Origin: a virus
Taxonomy: Duplodnaviria > Heunggongvirae > Uroviricota > Caudoviricetes
IMG/VR virus record: IMGVR_UViG_2547132274_000016
Span: 1 to 21,220 of that record
Length of the DNA: 21,220 nucleotides
Reading direction: 5' to 3' (one strand)
Every line of letters starts with the position of its first letter. Positions within the stretch are counted from its first letter, which is position 1. The notes beneath the pieces were generated by a model. It searched no databases, was not told the DNA's origin, and saw nothing but the letters and a program-made list of their open reading frames with translations. A program made the translations under genes and the position numbers. Shown piece by piece: positions 8,573 to 17,107 of this stretch.

Positions 8573-8634
8573 TTGATGCCGTATTGACACTTGTTATACT
8601 AGTGGTGGAACGAGACTGTAATAGTCTGTTCCAC
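8573..8634 (+). promoter_or_regulatory. Candidate sigma70 promoter (TTGATG-16 bp-TGtTATACT) followed by a 30-bp imperfect palindrome (operator or 5'-UTR hairpin)
   Basis: -35-like TTGATG 8573..8578, extended -10 TGTTATACT 8592..8600; palindrome GTGGAACgagACTgtaatAGTctgTTCCAC 8605..8634 directly downstream; GAGGGA RBS at 8673. Confidence 0.35.
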
Positions 8635-8681
8635 TACAGGAGTAATTACCTTGACTGTAAGTTGCTTTTATTGAGGGAACT

Positions 8682-9971
8682 ATGAAGTTTAAGACTGAAT
8701 TGAGTCGAAAATTGCATGACTCGGTAGTGTTTGATTTGAAAAAAGACCTGGTAAAATTAGAGGGAAACCTAAAAAATACAGATTTGTTGTTGTCGTTTCA
8801 GTTCAAAATAATAAGGAATATAATTAGAAGTGAAAGGATGATCAAAGAATTAAAGTCTTTCTTAGGGGAACTAAAGGCAACAAAAAGAAAAGGTGGTTTA
8901 AAAAAAGAACAATCTAAACTTATTAAGGAAAATATTAAGAGTGTTGAGCAGGGTATTGATGATGTGAAATTTAAAATATATATCTTCAAAATGTTTGGTG
9001 ATAGTGTTGCTTTTTTGTATTTGGATAAGTTTGATATTAAGCATTTTTTTTATAATGTTGTGGATTACAGTCCCAAGGAGTCAGCGGGCTATATGGGAGG
9101 GAAGGATGGCTTAAAAGAAGAATGGGAATTGGTGAAGAAGGCCTGCAAGGCTGGTGTTCCTACGTTACTCAATGATATTACAATGAGTATGAGGCATGGT
9201 GATGTTTGTTTACTTGGTGAAGGTGCACCAGTACTGGTGGAGGTGAAATCAAGTCAAAATAAAAATGATCGTGTTGAACGTCAAAAAAATAACCTTAATA
9301 GACTAGCTGAATTTTTAGCAGAAGATAAAGCTGAAGATTTTAGAGGGATGCCATTAGTGTTAAGGAAAGAACTGTGTTTTTCAGAAGTTACATATAAAAA
9401 AGAATTTAATGAGCATCTGAATGTATGCAGGAAAAAAGGAATTTCATGGGTAAGGCTAGAAGATGGATTTTATGTGGTATCTAATCGTGGCTGTGATCTG
9501 GAAATAGCATTATCACAGTTGGATCTTAGAGGGAGGAAAATTGCACCTATATTTTTGAATGAATATAAAAATAATCAATTGTGGGTTCCTTTAACTCCGT
9601 TTGTTAATCTTATAAATGATGCGCGTGATTTGTGTGACTTTATAAATGGGGAGTTAACTATTCTCTGTGTTCTTGATTTGGATTGTTTTAAACAAATAGC
9701 TTTGAATGAAGGGTTTGAGCTTGTTTTTGTCGATGGTGAAGACTATTCGATGATATTTAAAGAATTTGGTAGCTCATTGATTTGGGGTGTGTCATGGCAA
9801 ATGATGCTTCGCACTCCTTTAGAAATGGTGTCAATGTCTTGGTTAATTAAAGATTCAATTGATAGATTTAAGCGTTTACAAAAGCAACATGCTGAGATGC
9901 AGCCTGTCACTGATGTTAATACATCCGAAACCTCCTTGTTTGAAAAATATAGGCCTCTTTTTACAAAGTAG
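8682..9971 (+). CDS. Hypothetical protein with PD-(D/E)xK-like nuclease motif, cargo gene 4
   Basis: 429 aa, strong RBS; K/E-rich N-terminal region, then GD(174)-x12-VLVE(187)VK(189) resembling the PD-(D/E)xK catalytic core; no P-loop; very AT-rich. Confidence 0.6.
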   Translation: MKFKTELSRKLHDSVVFDLKKDLVKLEGNLKNTDLLLSFQFKIIRNIIRSERMIKELKSFLGELKATKRKGGLKKEQSKLIKENIKSVEQGIDDVKFKIYIFKMFGDSVAFLYLDKFDIKHFFYNVVDYSPKESAGYMGGKDGLKEEWELVKKACKAGVPTLLNDITMSMRHGDVCLLGEGAPVLVEVKSSQNKNDRVERQKNNLNRLAEFLAEDKAEDFRGMPLVLRKELCFSEVTYKKEFNEHLNVCRKKGISWVRLEDGFYVVSNRGCDLEIALSQLDLRGRKIAPIFLNEYKNNQLWVPLTPFVNLINDARDLCDFINGELTILCVLDLDCFKQIALNEGFELVFVDGEDYSMIFKEFGSSLIWGVSWQMMLRTPLEMVSMSWLIKDSIDRFKRLQKQHAEMQPVTDVNTSETSLFEKYRPLFTK

Positions 9972-10108
9972 TCAGATGCTGTAGGTGTATATGCTATTGC
10001 ATTAATTTGCATGCAAAACAAGTAGAGGTAAAAACTCTTACAGGCTGCTTGGGGGATAGCTTTTGAATGCTAATGCATTTGCATTCAAATTGCCCCACGA
10101 AGCGGGCG

Positions 10109-10127
10109 GGCGAGGCGGGGAAAGCAC
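10109..10127. other. Candidate cos cohesive-end sequence (GGCGAGGCGGGGAAAGCAC)
   Basis: GC-rich non-coding stretch between cargo and Q, where cos lies in a P2 prophage; 19-mer matches my recollection of the P2 cohesive end (to be verified). Confidence 0.5.
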
Positions 10128-10269
10128 TGCGCGCTGGCGGTGGTGCTGATTTTATTTTTTCAGCGTCTGAGCGCGTCGTGGCAGCGTTTAGTCTGCCCGT
10201 TGGGGTGTTGGTGTGTCTGCGGGGTATTTTGTGCGGTGGTGAGCGTGTGAGGGCGTGATGACGGGATGT

Positions 10270-10291
10270 AAAAAAGCCGCCCGCAGGCGGC
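10270..10291 (-). terminator. Intrinsic terminator downstream of Q (end of P-Q operon)
   Basis: GC hairpin GCCGCC-cgca-GGCGGC (10276..10291) followed on the minus strand by a U-run (A-run 10270..10275 on plus strand), 5 nt after the Q stop. Confidence 0.55.
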
Positions 10292-10296
10292 GATGT

Positions 10297-11331
10297 TCAG
10301 CCGTTGTCAGTGTCCAGTGAGTAGTTTTTAAAGCGGATGACCTCCTGACCGAGCCAGCCGTTTATTTCCCGAATCCTGTCCTGTAACGGGATAAGCTCAT
10401 TGCGGACAAAGACCTTTGCCACTTTCTCAATATCGCCCAGTGACCCGACGTTCTCCGGCTTGCCGCCCATCAACTGAAAGGGGATGCGGTGCGCGTCCAG
10501 CAGGTCTGCGGCGCTGGCTTTTTTGATATTAAAAAAATCATCCTTCGTTGCCACTTCACTGAGCGGGATAATTTTAATGCCGTCGGCTTTCCCCTGTGGG
10601 GCATAGAGAAACAGATTTTTAAAGTTATTGCGGCCTTTCGACTTCACCATGTTTTCGCGGAGCATTTCGATATCGTTGCGATCCTGCACGGCATCGGTGA
10701 CGTACATGATGTATCCGGCATGTGCGCCGTTTTCGTAATACTTGCGGCGGAACAGCGTGGCTGATTCATTCAGCCAGGCAGAGTTAAGGGCGCTGAGATA
10801 TTCCGGCAGGCCGTACAGCTCCTGATTAATATCCGGCTCCAGCAGGTGAAACACGGAACCGGGCGCGAAGGCTGTCGGCTCGTTGAAGGACGGCACCCAC
10901 CAGTAAACATCCTCTTCCACACCACGGCGGGTATATTTTGCCGGTGAGATTTCCAGTCTGATGACCTTACCGGTGGTGCTGTAACGCTTTTCCAGAAACG
11001 CATTACCGAACACCAGAAAATCCAGCACAAAGCGGCTGAAATCCTACTGGGAAAGCCACGGATGCGGGATAAATGTCGAGGCCAGAATATTACGTTTGAC
11101 GTAAATCGGTGAGCTGTGATGTACGGCAGCACGCAGGCTTTTTGCCAGACCGGTAAAGCTGATCGGTGGCTCATACCATCTGCCGTTACTGATGCACTCG
11201 ACGTAATCCAGAATGTCACGGCGGTCGAGTACCGGCACCGGCTCACCAAAGGTGAATGCCTCCATTTTCGGGGCGCTGGCGGTCATTTTTTTTGCCGCAG
11301 GTTGCGGTGTTTTCCCTTTTTTCTTGCTCAT
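10297..11331 (-). pseudogene. Q: Portal protein gpQ interrupted by one in-frame TAG codon at 11044..11046
   Basis: Two ORFs (11044..11331, 95 aa; 10297..11028, 243 aa) are in the same frame and separated only by TAG; together ~344 codons as in P2 Q; reading through gives ...PWLSQ*DFSRFVLDFLVF... Confidence 0.6.
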
Positions 11332-13103
11332 CAGTAAAACTCCAGAATGGTGGATGTCAGCGGGGTGCTGATACCGGCGGTGAGTGGCTCATTTAACAGG
11401 GCGTGCATGGTCGCCCAGGCGAGGTCGGCGTGGCTGGCTTCCTCGCTGCGGCTGGCCTCATAGGTGGCGCTGCGTCCGCTGCTGGTCATGGTCTTGCGGA
11501 TAGCCATGAACGAGCTGGTGATGTCGGTGGCGCTGACGTCATATTCCAGACAGCCACGGCGGATAACGTCTTTTGCCTTGAGCACCATTGCGGTTTTCAT
11601 TTCCGGCGTGTAGCGGATATCGCGCGCGGCGGGATAGAACGAGCGCACGAGCTGGAACACGCCGACACCGAGGCCGGTGGCATCAATTCCGATGTATTCA
11701 ACGTTGTATTTTTCGGTGAGTTTGCGGATGGATTCCGCCTGGGTGGCAAAGTCCATGCCTTTCCACTGGTGACGCTCAAGTATTCTGAATTTGCCACCGG
11801 CCACCACCGGCGGTGCCAGCACCACGCATCCGGCACTGTCGCCACGGTGTGACGGGTCGTAACCAATCCATACCGGACGGGAGCCGAACGGATTGGCGGC
11901 AAACGGTGCGTAGTCTTCCCATTCTTCCAGTGTGTCGACCATGCAGCGTTGCAGCTCCTCGAACGGGAATACCGACGCCTTGTCGTCAACAAATTCACAC
12001 ATGAACAGGTTTTTAAAATCGTCGGCGCTGTTTTCGCGTTTGAGCTGCTCAATGTCGAACAGTGTGCAGCCACCTTTCAGGGCGTCCTCAATGGTGACAA
12101 TCTGCCGCCACTGGCCGTCCGCACAGAGAAGACCTCCGGCAAGGGCGTTATGACTGACGTCGATTTCCACGCGTTCGGCGGCGCTGGCGCGTCCCCGGTT
12201 GAACAGTTCACCCGACCAGAACGGGTAGGCGTCGTGCGCCAGCGTGGACGGGGTGGAGAAATAGGTCGAGCGCAGGTGACTCTGTGAGGCCATACCTGAT
12301 GCCACCTTACGCAGTACCTGAAAATTCGGGATCCAGAAAATCTCATCGACGTACAGGTCGCCGTTATGGCTCTGTGCGGTGTTGGAGTTGGTGCCGAGAA
12401 AAATCAGTTTTGCGCCGTTATTGCCCAGGACAATCGGGTCACCGGTCAGGTCAACGTCAACCAGCCGGGCAAAGGCGATGATGTATTCGCGGAACACATA
12501 CGCCTGCGTTTTACTGGCCGACAGAAAAATCTGGTTATGACCGGTTTTCAGGGCGCGCAGCAGCGCCTCGCGGGAAAAATAAAACGTCGCGCCAATCTGG
12601 CGGGATTTCAGGATATCGCGGATGCGGTGCTCAAGCCCGGCGCGATACCAGTGCAACTGATAGTCGAAAGACTGCTCAAAGAAAATCTGCTCCAGCTTTT
12701 CGATGGCCTCGTCACTGAAAAAATTCTTTTTCGGTTTGCGACGCGCGCCTTTGTTGCGGTTAGCGACGTTCGGATTAAGGTCTGCCTCGTTGCCGGTCTG
12801 ACTGTAACGGTTTACCCGTGCCAGTCGTTCAATCTGGCGTCCCAGCAGGTCAATTTCCTTGAAGTCACCGCCGGTTTTCTGCGGTTTGATGATGAGCTGG
12901 GTCAGCCGCGCTTCCAGACTCATTTCGACACGGCTGATGGGGGCAACACTGTCCCAGCCGTCGCGCTGTTTCCAGCTCTGCACCGTCGGGCGTTTCATCT
13001 GCAACATGGCGGCAATCTGCGGCACGGAAAACCCCTGCCAGTACAGCAGCGCCGCCTGACGACGCGGGTCGTGTAAAAGAGTGGTGTCTGTGGTGATGGT
13101 CAT
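11331..13103 (-). CDS. P: Terminase large (ATPase) subunit gpP
   Basis: 590 aa from the ATG at 13101..13103 (track ORF uses an upstream TTG); stop overlaps Q start; length and position as P2 P. Confidence 0.9.
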   Translation of the reverse strand: MTITTDTTLLHDPRRQAALLYWQGFSVPQIAAMLQMKRPTVQSWKQRDGWDSVAPISRVEMSLEARLTQLIIKPQKTGGDFKEIDLLGRQIERLARVNRYSQTGNEADLNPNVANRNKGARRKPKKNFFSDEAIEKLEQIFFEQSFDYQLHWYRAGLEHRIRDILKSRQIGATFYFSREALLRALKTGHNQIFLSASKTQAYVFREYIIAFARLVDVDLTGDPIVLGNNGAKLIFLGTNSNTAQSHNGDLYVDEIFWIPNFQVLRKVASGMASQSHLRSTYFSTPSTLAHDAYPFWSGELFNRGRASAAERVEIDVSHNALAGGLLCADGQWRQIVTIEDALKGGCTLFDIEQLKRENSADDFKNLFMCEFVDDKASVFPFEELQRCMVDTLEEWEDYAPFAANPFGSRPVWIGYDPSHRGDSAGCVVLAPPVVAGGKFRILERHQWKGMDFATQAESIRKLTEKYNVEYIGIDATGLGVGVFQLVRSFYPAARDIRYTPEMKTAMVLKAKDVIRRGCLEYDVSATDITSSFMAIRKTMTSSGRSATYEASRSEEASHADLAWATMHALLNEPLTAGISTPLTSTILEFY

Positions 13104-13276
13104 GAATACCTCGCCGTGATGAATACACGGCAAGGCTACTGAGTCGCGCCCCGCGATTCGCTAAGGTGCTGTTGTGTCAGTGATAAGCCATCCGGGACTG
13201 ATGGCGGAGGATGCGCATCGTCGGGAAACTGATGCCGACATGTGACTCCTCTAATCACTATTCAGGACTCCTGACA
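13104..13276. promoter_or_regulatory. Divergent late promoter region (PP leftward / PO rightward)
   Basis: 173-bp intergenic region between divergent P and O, as in P2; contains inverted repeat CCGTG-N7-CACGG (13114..13130); no exact TGT-N12-ACA activator box found. Confidence 0.4.
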
Positions 13277-14131
13277 ATGGCAAAAAAAGTCTCAAAATTC
13301 TTTCGTATCGGCGTTGAGGGTGACACCTGTGACGGGCGTGTCATCAGTGCGCAGGATATTCAGGAAATGGCCGAAACCTTTGACCCGCGAGTCTATGGTT
13401 GCCGCATTAACCTGGAACATCTGCGCGGCATCCTGCCTGACGGTATTTTTAAGCGTTATGGCGATGTGGCCGAACTGAAGGCCGAAAAGATTGACGATGA
13501 TTCGGCGCTGAAGGGCAAATGGGCGTTGTTTGCGAAAATCACCCCGACCGATGACCTTATCGCGATGAACAAGGCCGCGCAGAAGGTCTACACCTCAATG
13601 GAAATTCAGCCGAACTTTGCCAACACCGGCAAATGTTATCTGGTGGGTCTGGCCGTCACCGATGACCCGGCGAGCCTCGGCACGGAATACCTGGAATTCT
13701 GCCGCACGGCAAAACACAACCCTCTGAACCGCTTCAAATTAAGCCCTGAAAACCTGATTTCAGTGGCAACGCCCGTTGAGCTGGAATTTGAAGACCTGCC
13801 TGAAACCGTGTTCACCGCCCTGACCGAAAAGGTGAAGTCCATTTTTGGCCGCAAACAGGCCAGCGATGATGCCCGTCTGAATGACGTGCATGAAGCGGTG
13901 ACCGCTGTTGCTGAACATGTGCAGGAAAAACTGAGCGCCACTGAGCAACGCCTTGCTGAGATGGAAACCGCCTTTTCCGCACTTAAGCAGGATGTGACTG
14001 ACAGGGCGGATGAAACCAGCCTGGCATTCACCCGCCTGAAAAACAGTCTCGACAACACCGAAAGTCTGACCCAGCAGCGCCGCAGCAAGGCCACCGGTGG
14101 TGGCGGTGACGCCCTGATGACGAACTGCTGA
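13277..14131 (+). CDS. O: Capsid scaffolding protein gpO
   Basis: 284 aa from MAKKVSKFF (track ORF starts upstream); length and position as P2 O; C-terminal coiled-coil-like region. Confidence 0.88.
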   Translation: MAKKVSKFFRIGVEGDTCDGRVISAQDIQEMAETFDPRVYGCRINLEHLRGILPDGIFKRYGDVAELKAEKIDDDSALKGKWALFAKITPTDDLIAMNKAAQKVYTSMEIQPNFANTGKCYLVGLAVTDDPASLGTEYLEFCRTAKHNPLNRFKLSPENLISVATPVELEFEDLPETVFTALTEKVKSIFGRKQASDDARLNDVHEAVTAVAEHVQEKLSATEQRLAEMETAFSALKQDVTDRADETSLAFTRLKNSLDNTESLTQQRRSKATGGGGDALMTNC

Positions 14132-14189
14132 CCGGCGTCAGTCAGTCCGGGAAAACCTTCACGATTAACCCTTAATTTCAGGAAAAACT

Positions 14190-15263
14190 ATGCGCCAGGA
14201 AACCCGCTTTAAATTTAATGCCTACCTGTCCCGTGTTGCCGAACTGAACGGCATCGACGCCGGTGATGTGTCGAAAAAATTCACCGTTGAACCTTCGGTC
14301 ACCCAGACCCTGATGAACACCATGCAGGAGTCCTCTGACTTTCTGACCCGCATCAACATTGTGCCGGTCAGCGAAATGAAAGGGGAAAAAATTGGTATTG
14401 GTGTCACCGGCTCCATCGCCAGCACCACCGACACCGCCGGTGGCACCGAGCGTCAGCCGAAGGACTTCTCGAAGCTGGCGTCAAACAAGTACGAATGCGA
14501 CCAGATTAACTTCGATTTTTATATCCGCTACAAAACGCTTGACCTGTGGGCGCGTTATCAGGATTTCCAGCTCCGTATCCGTAACGCCATTATCAAACGC
14601 CAGTCCCTTGATTTCATCATGGCCGGTTTTAACGGCGTGAAGCGTGCCGAAACCTCTGACCGCAGCAGCAATCCGATGCTGCAGGATGTGGCGGTCGGCT
14701 GGCTGCAGAAATACCGCAATGAAGCCCCGGCGCGCGTGATGAGCAAGGTCACTGACGAGGAAGGCCGCACCACCTCTGAGGTCATCCGCGTGGGTAAGGG
14801 CGGTGATTATGTAAGCCTCGATGCACTGGTGATGGATGCGACCAACAACCTGATTGAACCGTGGTATCAGGAAGACCCTGACCTTGTGGTGATTGTGGGG
14901 CGTCAGCTACTGGCGGACAAGTATTTCCCCATCGTCAACAAAGAGCAGGACAACAGCGAAATGCTGGCCGCTGACGTCATCATCAGTCAGAAACGCATCG
15001 GTAACCTGCCGGCGGTACGCGTCCCGTACTTCCCGGCGGATGCGATGCTCATTACGAAGCTGGAAAACCTGTCCATCTACTACATGGATGACAGCCATCG
15101 CCGCGTGATTGTGGAAAACCCGAAACTCGACCGCGTGGAGAACTACGAGTCAATGAACATTGATTACGTGGTGGAAGACTACGCCGCCGGTTGTCTGGTG
15201 GAAAAAATTAAGGTCGATGACTTCTCCACACCGGCTAAAGCGACCGCAGAGCCGGGAGCGTAA
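14190..15263 (+). CDS. N: Major capsid protein gpN
   Basis: 357 aa, same length as P2 N, follows scaffold gene. Confidence 0.9.
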   Translation: MRQETRFKFNAYLSRVAELNGIDAGDVSKKFTVEPSVTQTLMNTMQESSDFLTRINIVPVSEMKGEKIGIGVTGSIASTTDTAGGTERQPKDFSKLASNKYECDQINFDFYIRYKTLDLWARYQDFQLRIRNAIIKRQSLDFIMAGFNGVKRAETSDRSSNPMLQDVAVGWLQKYRNEAPARVMSKVTDEEGRTTSEVIRVGKGGDYVSLDALVMDATNNLIEPWYQEDPDLVVIVGRQLLADKYFPIVNKEQDNSEMLAADVIISQKRIGNLPAVRVPYFPADAMLITKLENLSIYYMDDSHRRVIVENPKLDRVENYESMNIDYVVEDYAAGCLVEKIKVDDFSTPAKATAEPGA

Positions 15264-15266
15264 CCG

Positions 15267-16010
15267 ATGACGAGTCCCGCACAGCGCCACATGATGCGGG
15301 TCTCGGCAGCGATGACCGCGCAGCGGGAAGCCGCCCCGCTGCGACATGCAACTGTCTATGAGCAGATGCTGGTTAAGCTCGCCGCAGACCAGCGCACACT
15401 GAAAGCGATTTATTCAAAAGAGCTGAAGGCCGCAAAAAAACGCGAACTGCTGCCGTTCTGGTTGCCGTGGGTGAACGGCGTGCTGGAGCAGGGCAAAGGT
15501 GCACAGGATGACATTCTGATGACGGTCATGCTGTGGCGTCTGGATACCGGCGATATTGCCGGTGCGCTGGAGATTGCCCGTTACGCCCTGAAGTACGGCC
15601 TGACCATGCCGGGTAAACACCGCCGCACCCCGCCGTACATGTTCACCGAGGAGGTGGCGCTCGCGGCCATGCGCGCTCACGCTGCCGGTGAATCCGTGGA
15701 TATCCGCCTGCTGACGGAGACCCTTGAACTGACCGCCACGGCTGACATGCCTGATGAAGTGCGCGCAAAGCTGCACAAAATCACTGGTCTGTTTCTGCGT
15801 GACGCTGGTGATGCCGCCGGTGCGCTGGCGCACCTGCAACGTGCGACACAGCTCGACTGTCAGGCAGGCGTCAAAAAAGAGATTGAACGACTGGAGCGGG
15901 AACTGAAACCGAAGCCGGAGCCACAGCCAAAAGCGGCCACCCGCGCCCCGCGTAAGACCCGGAGTGCGACACCGGCAAAACGTGGACGCCCGAAAAAGAA
16001 AGCCAGTTAA
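15267..16010 (+). CDS. M: Terminase small (endonuclease) subunit gpM
   Basis: 247 aa, same as P2 M; basic C-terminal tail (KRGRPKKKAS). Confidence 0.85.
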   Translation: MTSPAQRHMMRVSAAMTAQREAAPLRHATVYEQMLVKLAADQRTLKAIYSKELKAAKKRELLPFWLPWVNGVLEQGKGAQDDILMTVMLWRLDTGDIAGALEIARYALKYGLTMPGKHRRTPPYMFTEEVALAAMRAHAAGESVDIRLLTETLELTATADMPDEVRAKLHKITGLFLRDAGDAAGALAHLQRATQLDCQAGVKKEIERLERELKPKPEPQPKAATRAPRKTRSATPAKRGRPKKKAS

Positions 16011-16109
16011 CAACCGAATGCGCCCCGCGCCAGGGCGGCACGCCGGTCAGTGAGGGTGAATCACCTGACACTGCACCGGCGTCCACCGCCCGACTTTTCA
16101 GAGGTAGTC

Positions 16110-16619
16110 ATGATGACGCTGATTATTCCGCGAAAGGAGGCTCCCGTGTCCGGTGAGGGTACGGTGGTCATCCCGCAACCGGCAGGCGACGAGCCGGTGA
16201 TTAAAAACACGTTCTTTTTCCCCGATATCGACCCGAAGCGCGTCCGGGAACGTATGCGCCTTGAGCAGACCGTCGCCCCTGCCCGTCTGCGTGAGGCCAT
16301 CAAGTCAGGCATGGCTGAAACGAATGCGGAGCTGTACGAGTACCGCGAACAGAAAATTGCCGCCGGTTTTACGCGTCTGGCTGACGTCCCGGCGGACGAC
16401 ATCGACGGTGAAAGCATCAAAGTTTTTTACTACGAGCGCGCCGTGTGTGCGATGGCGACCGCATCGCTTTATGAGCGTTATCGCGGCGTGGATGCCAGTG
16501 CCAAAGGCGACAAGAAGGCTGACAGCATTGACAGCACCATTGATGAGCTGTGGCGGGATATGCGCTGGGCAGTGGCGCGCATCCAGGACAAGCCGCGCTG
16601 CATCGTGAGTCAAATCTGA
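16110..16619 (+). CDS. L: Head completion/stabilisation protein gpL
   Basis: 169 aa from MMTLIIPRKE with GAGG RBS (track ORF starts upstream); length as P2 L. Confidence 0.85.
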   Translation: MMTLIIPRKEAPVSGEGTVVIPQPAGDEPVIKNTFFFPDIDPKRVRERMRLEQTVAPARLREAIKSGMAETNAELYEYREQKIAAGFTRLADVPADDIDGESIKVFYYERAVCAMATASLYERYRGVDASAKGDKKADSIDSTIDELWRDMRWAVARIQDKPRCIVSQI

Positions 16620-16822
16620 TGAAGACCTTTGCGCTACAGGGCGACACGCTCGACGCCATTTGTGTCCGGTATTACGGGCGCACTGAGGGCGTGGTTGAGA
16701 CCGTGCTCGCCGCAAATCCGGGACTGGCTGAACTGGGTGCGGTGCTGCCGCACGGCACCGCCGTCGAACTGCCCGACGTTCAGACCGCGCCCGTGGCTGA
16801 AACTGTCAATCTGTGGGAGTAA
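16619..16822 (+). CDS. X: Tail protein X (LysM-like)
   Basis: 67 aa from MKTFALQGDTLDAICVRYYG; ATG overlaps L stop (TGATG); length as P2 X. Confidence 0.8.
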   Translation: MKTFALQGDTLDAICVRYYGRTEGVVETVLAANPGLAELGAVLPHGTAVELPDVQTAPVAETVNLWE

Positions 16823-16825
16823 CGC

Positions 16826-17107
16826 ATGACAGCAGAAGAAAAAAGCGTCCTGTCGCTTTTCATGATTGGGGTGCTGATTGTTGTCGGCAAGGTGCTTGCC
16901 GGTGGTGAACCCATCACCCCGCGTCTGTTTATCGGGCGCATGTTGCTCGGTGGTTTTGTCTCGATGGTTGCCGGTGTTGTTCTGGTGCAGTTTCCTGACC
17001 TGTCACTGCCTGCGGTGTGCGGTATCGGCTCCATGCTGGGTATCGCCGGTTATCAGGTGATTGAGATTGCCATTCAGCGCCGTTTTAAGGGCAGGGGGAA
17101 ACAGTAA
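16826..17107 (+). CDS. Y: Holin gpY
   Basis: 93 aa, hydrophobic TM segments, directly upstream of the endolysin; length as P2 Y. Confidence 0.85.
   Translation: MTAEEKSVLSLFMIGVLIVVGKVLAGGEPITPRLFIGRMLLGGFVSMVAGVVLVQFPDLSLPAVCGIGSMLGIAGYQVIEIAIQRRFKGRGKQ

Noticed and set aside
8798-8989. 63-aa minus-strand ORF inside the 429-aa cargo gene
   Set aside because: Antisense to a gene with a strong RBS; the Ile/Leu/Phe-rich translation is what the reverse frame of AT-rich Lys/Asn-rich coding DNA produces by chance.
7838-9971. Possibility that the cargo pair is simply P2 tin and old
   Set aside because: P2 Old is a ~586-aa protein with an N-terminal P-loop ATPase and a TOPRIM domain; the 429-aa protein has no Walker A motif and the wrong size. 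Tin identity for 7838..8569 is not formally excluded (kept as a check in findings) but the predicted membrane anchor argues against it.
10067-10258. 63-aa plus-strand ORF across the GC-rich region between cargo and Q
   Set aside because: It covers the cos-like sequence and the Q terminator, has no RBS, and translates to a Gly/Ala/Arg-rich product; more likely non-coding packaging/terminator DNA.
11403-13128. Several 60-240-aa ORFs on the plus strand and in alternative minus frames inside terminase gene P (e.g. 11403..11852, 12366..13076, 11597..12073, 12865..13128)
   Set aside because: They lie entirely within or antisense to a well-supported 590-aa terminase gene, have no RBS, and have Arg/Ala/Gly-rich composition typical of spurious frames in GC-rich coding DNA.
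13104-13276. Exact TGT-N12-ACA Ogr-type activator boxes in the divergent P/O region, and at 19478..19543 upstream of V
   Set aside because: I found only imperfect dyads (e.g. TGT-N10-ACA upstream of V), so I list the regions as late-promoter regions without claiming specific boxes.
13636-16715. Antisense and alternative-frame ORFs over the capsid gene block (e.g. 13636..14094, 14222..14446, 15414..16013, 16061..16420, 16305..16715)
   Set aside because: They overlap the conserved O, N, M and L genes, whose lengths match P2 exactly; no independent start signals; low-complexity Arg/Ser-rich translations.
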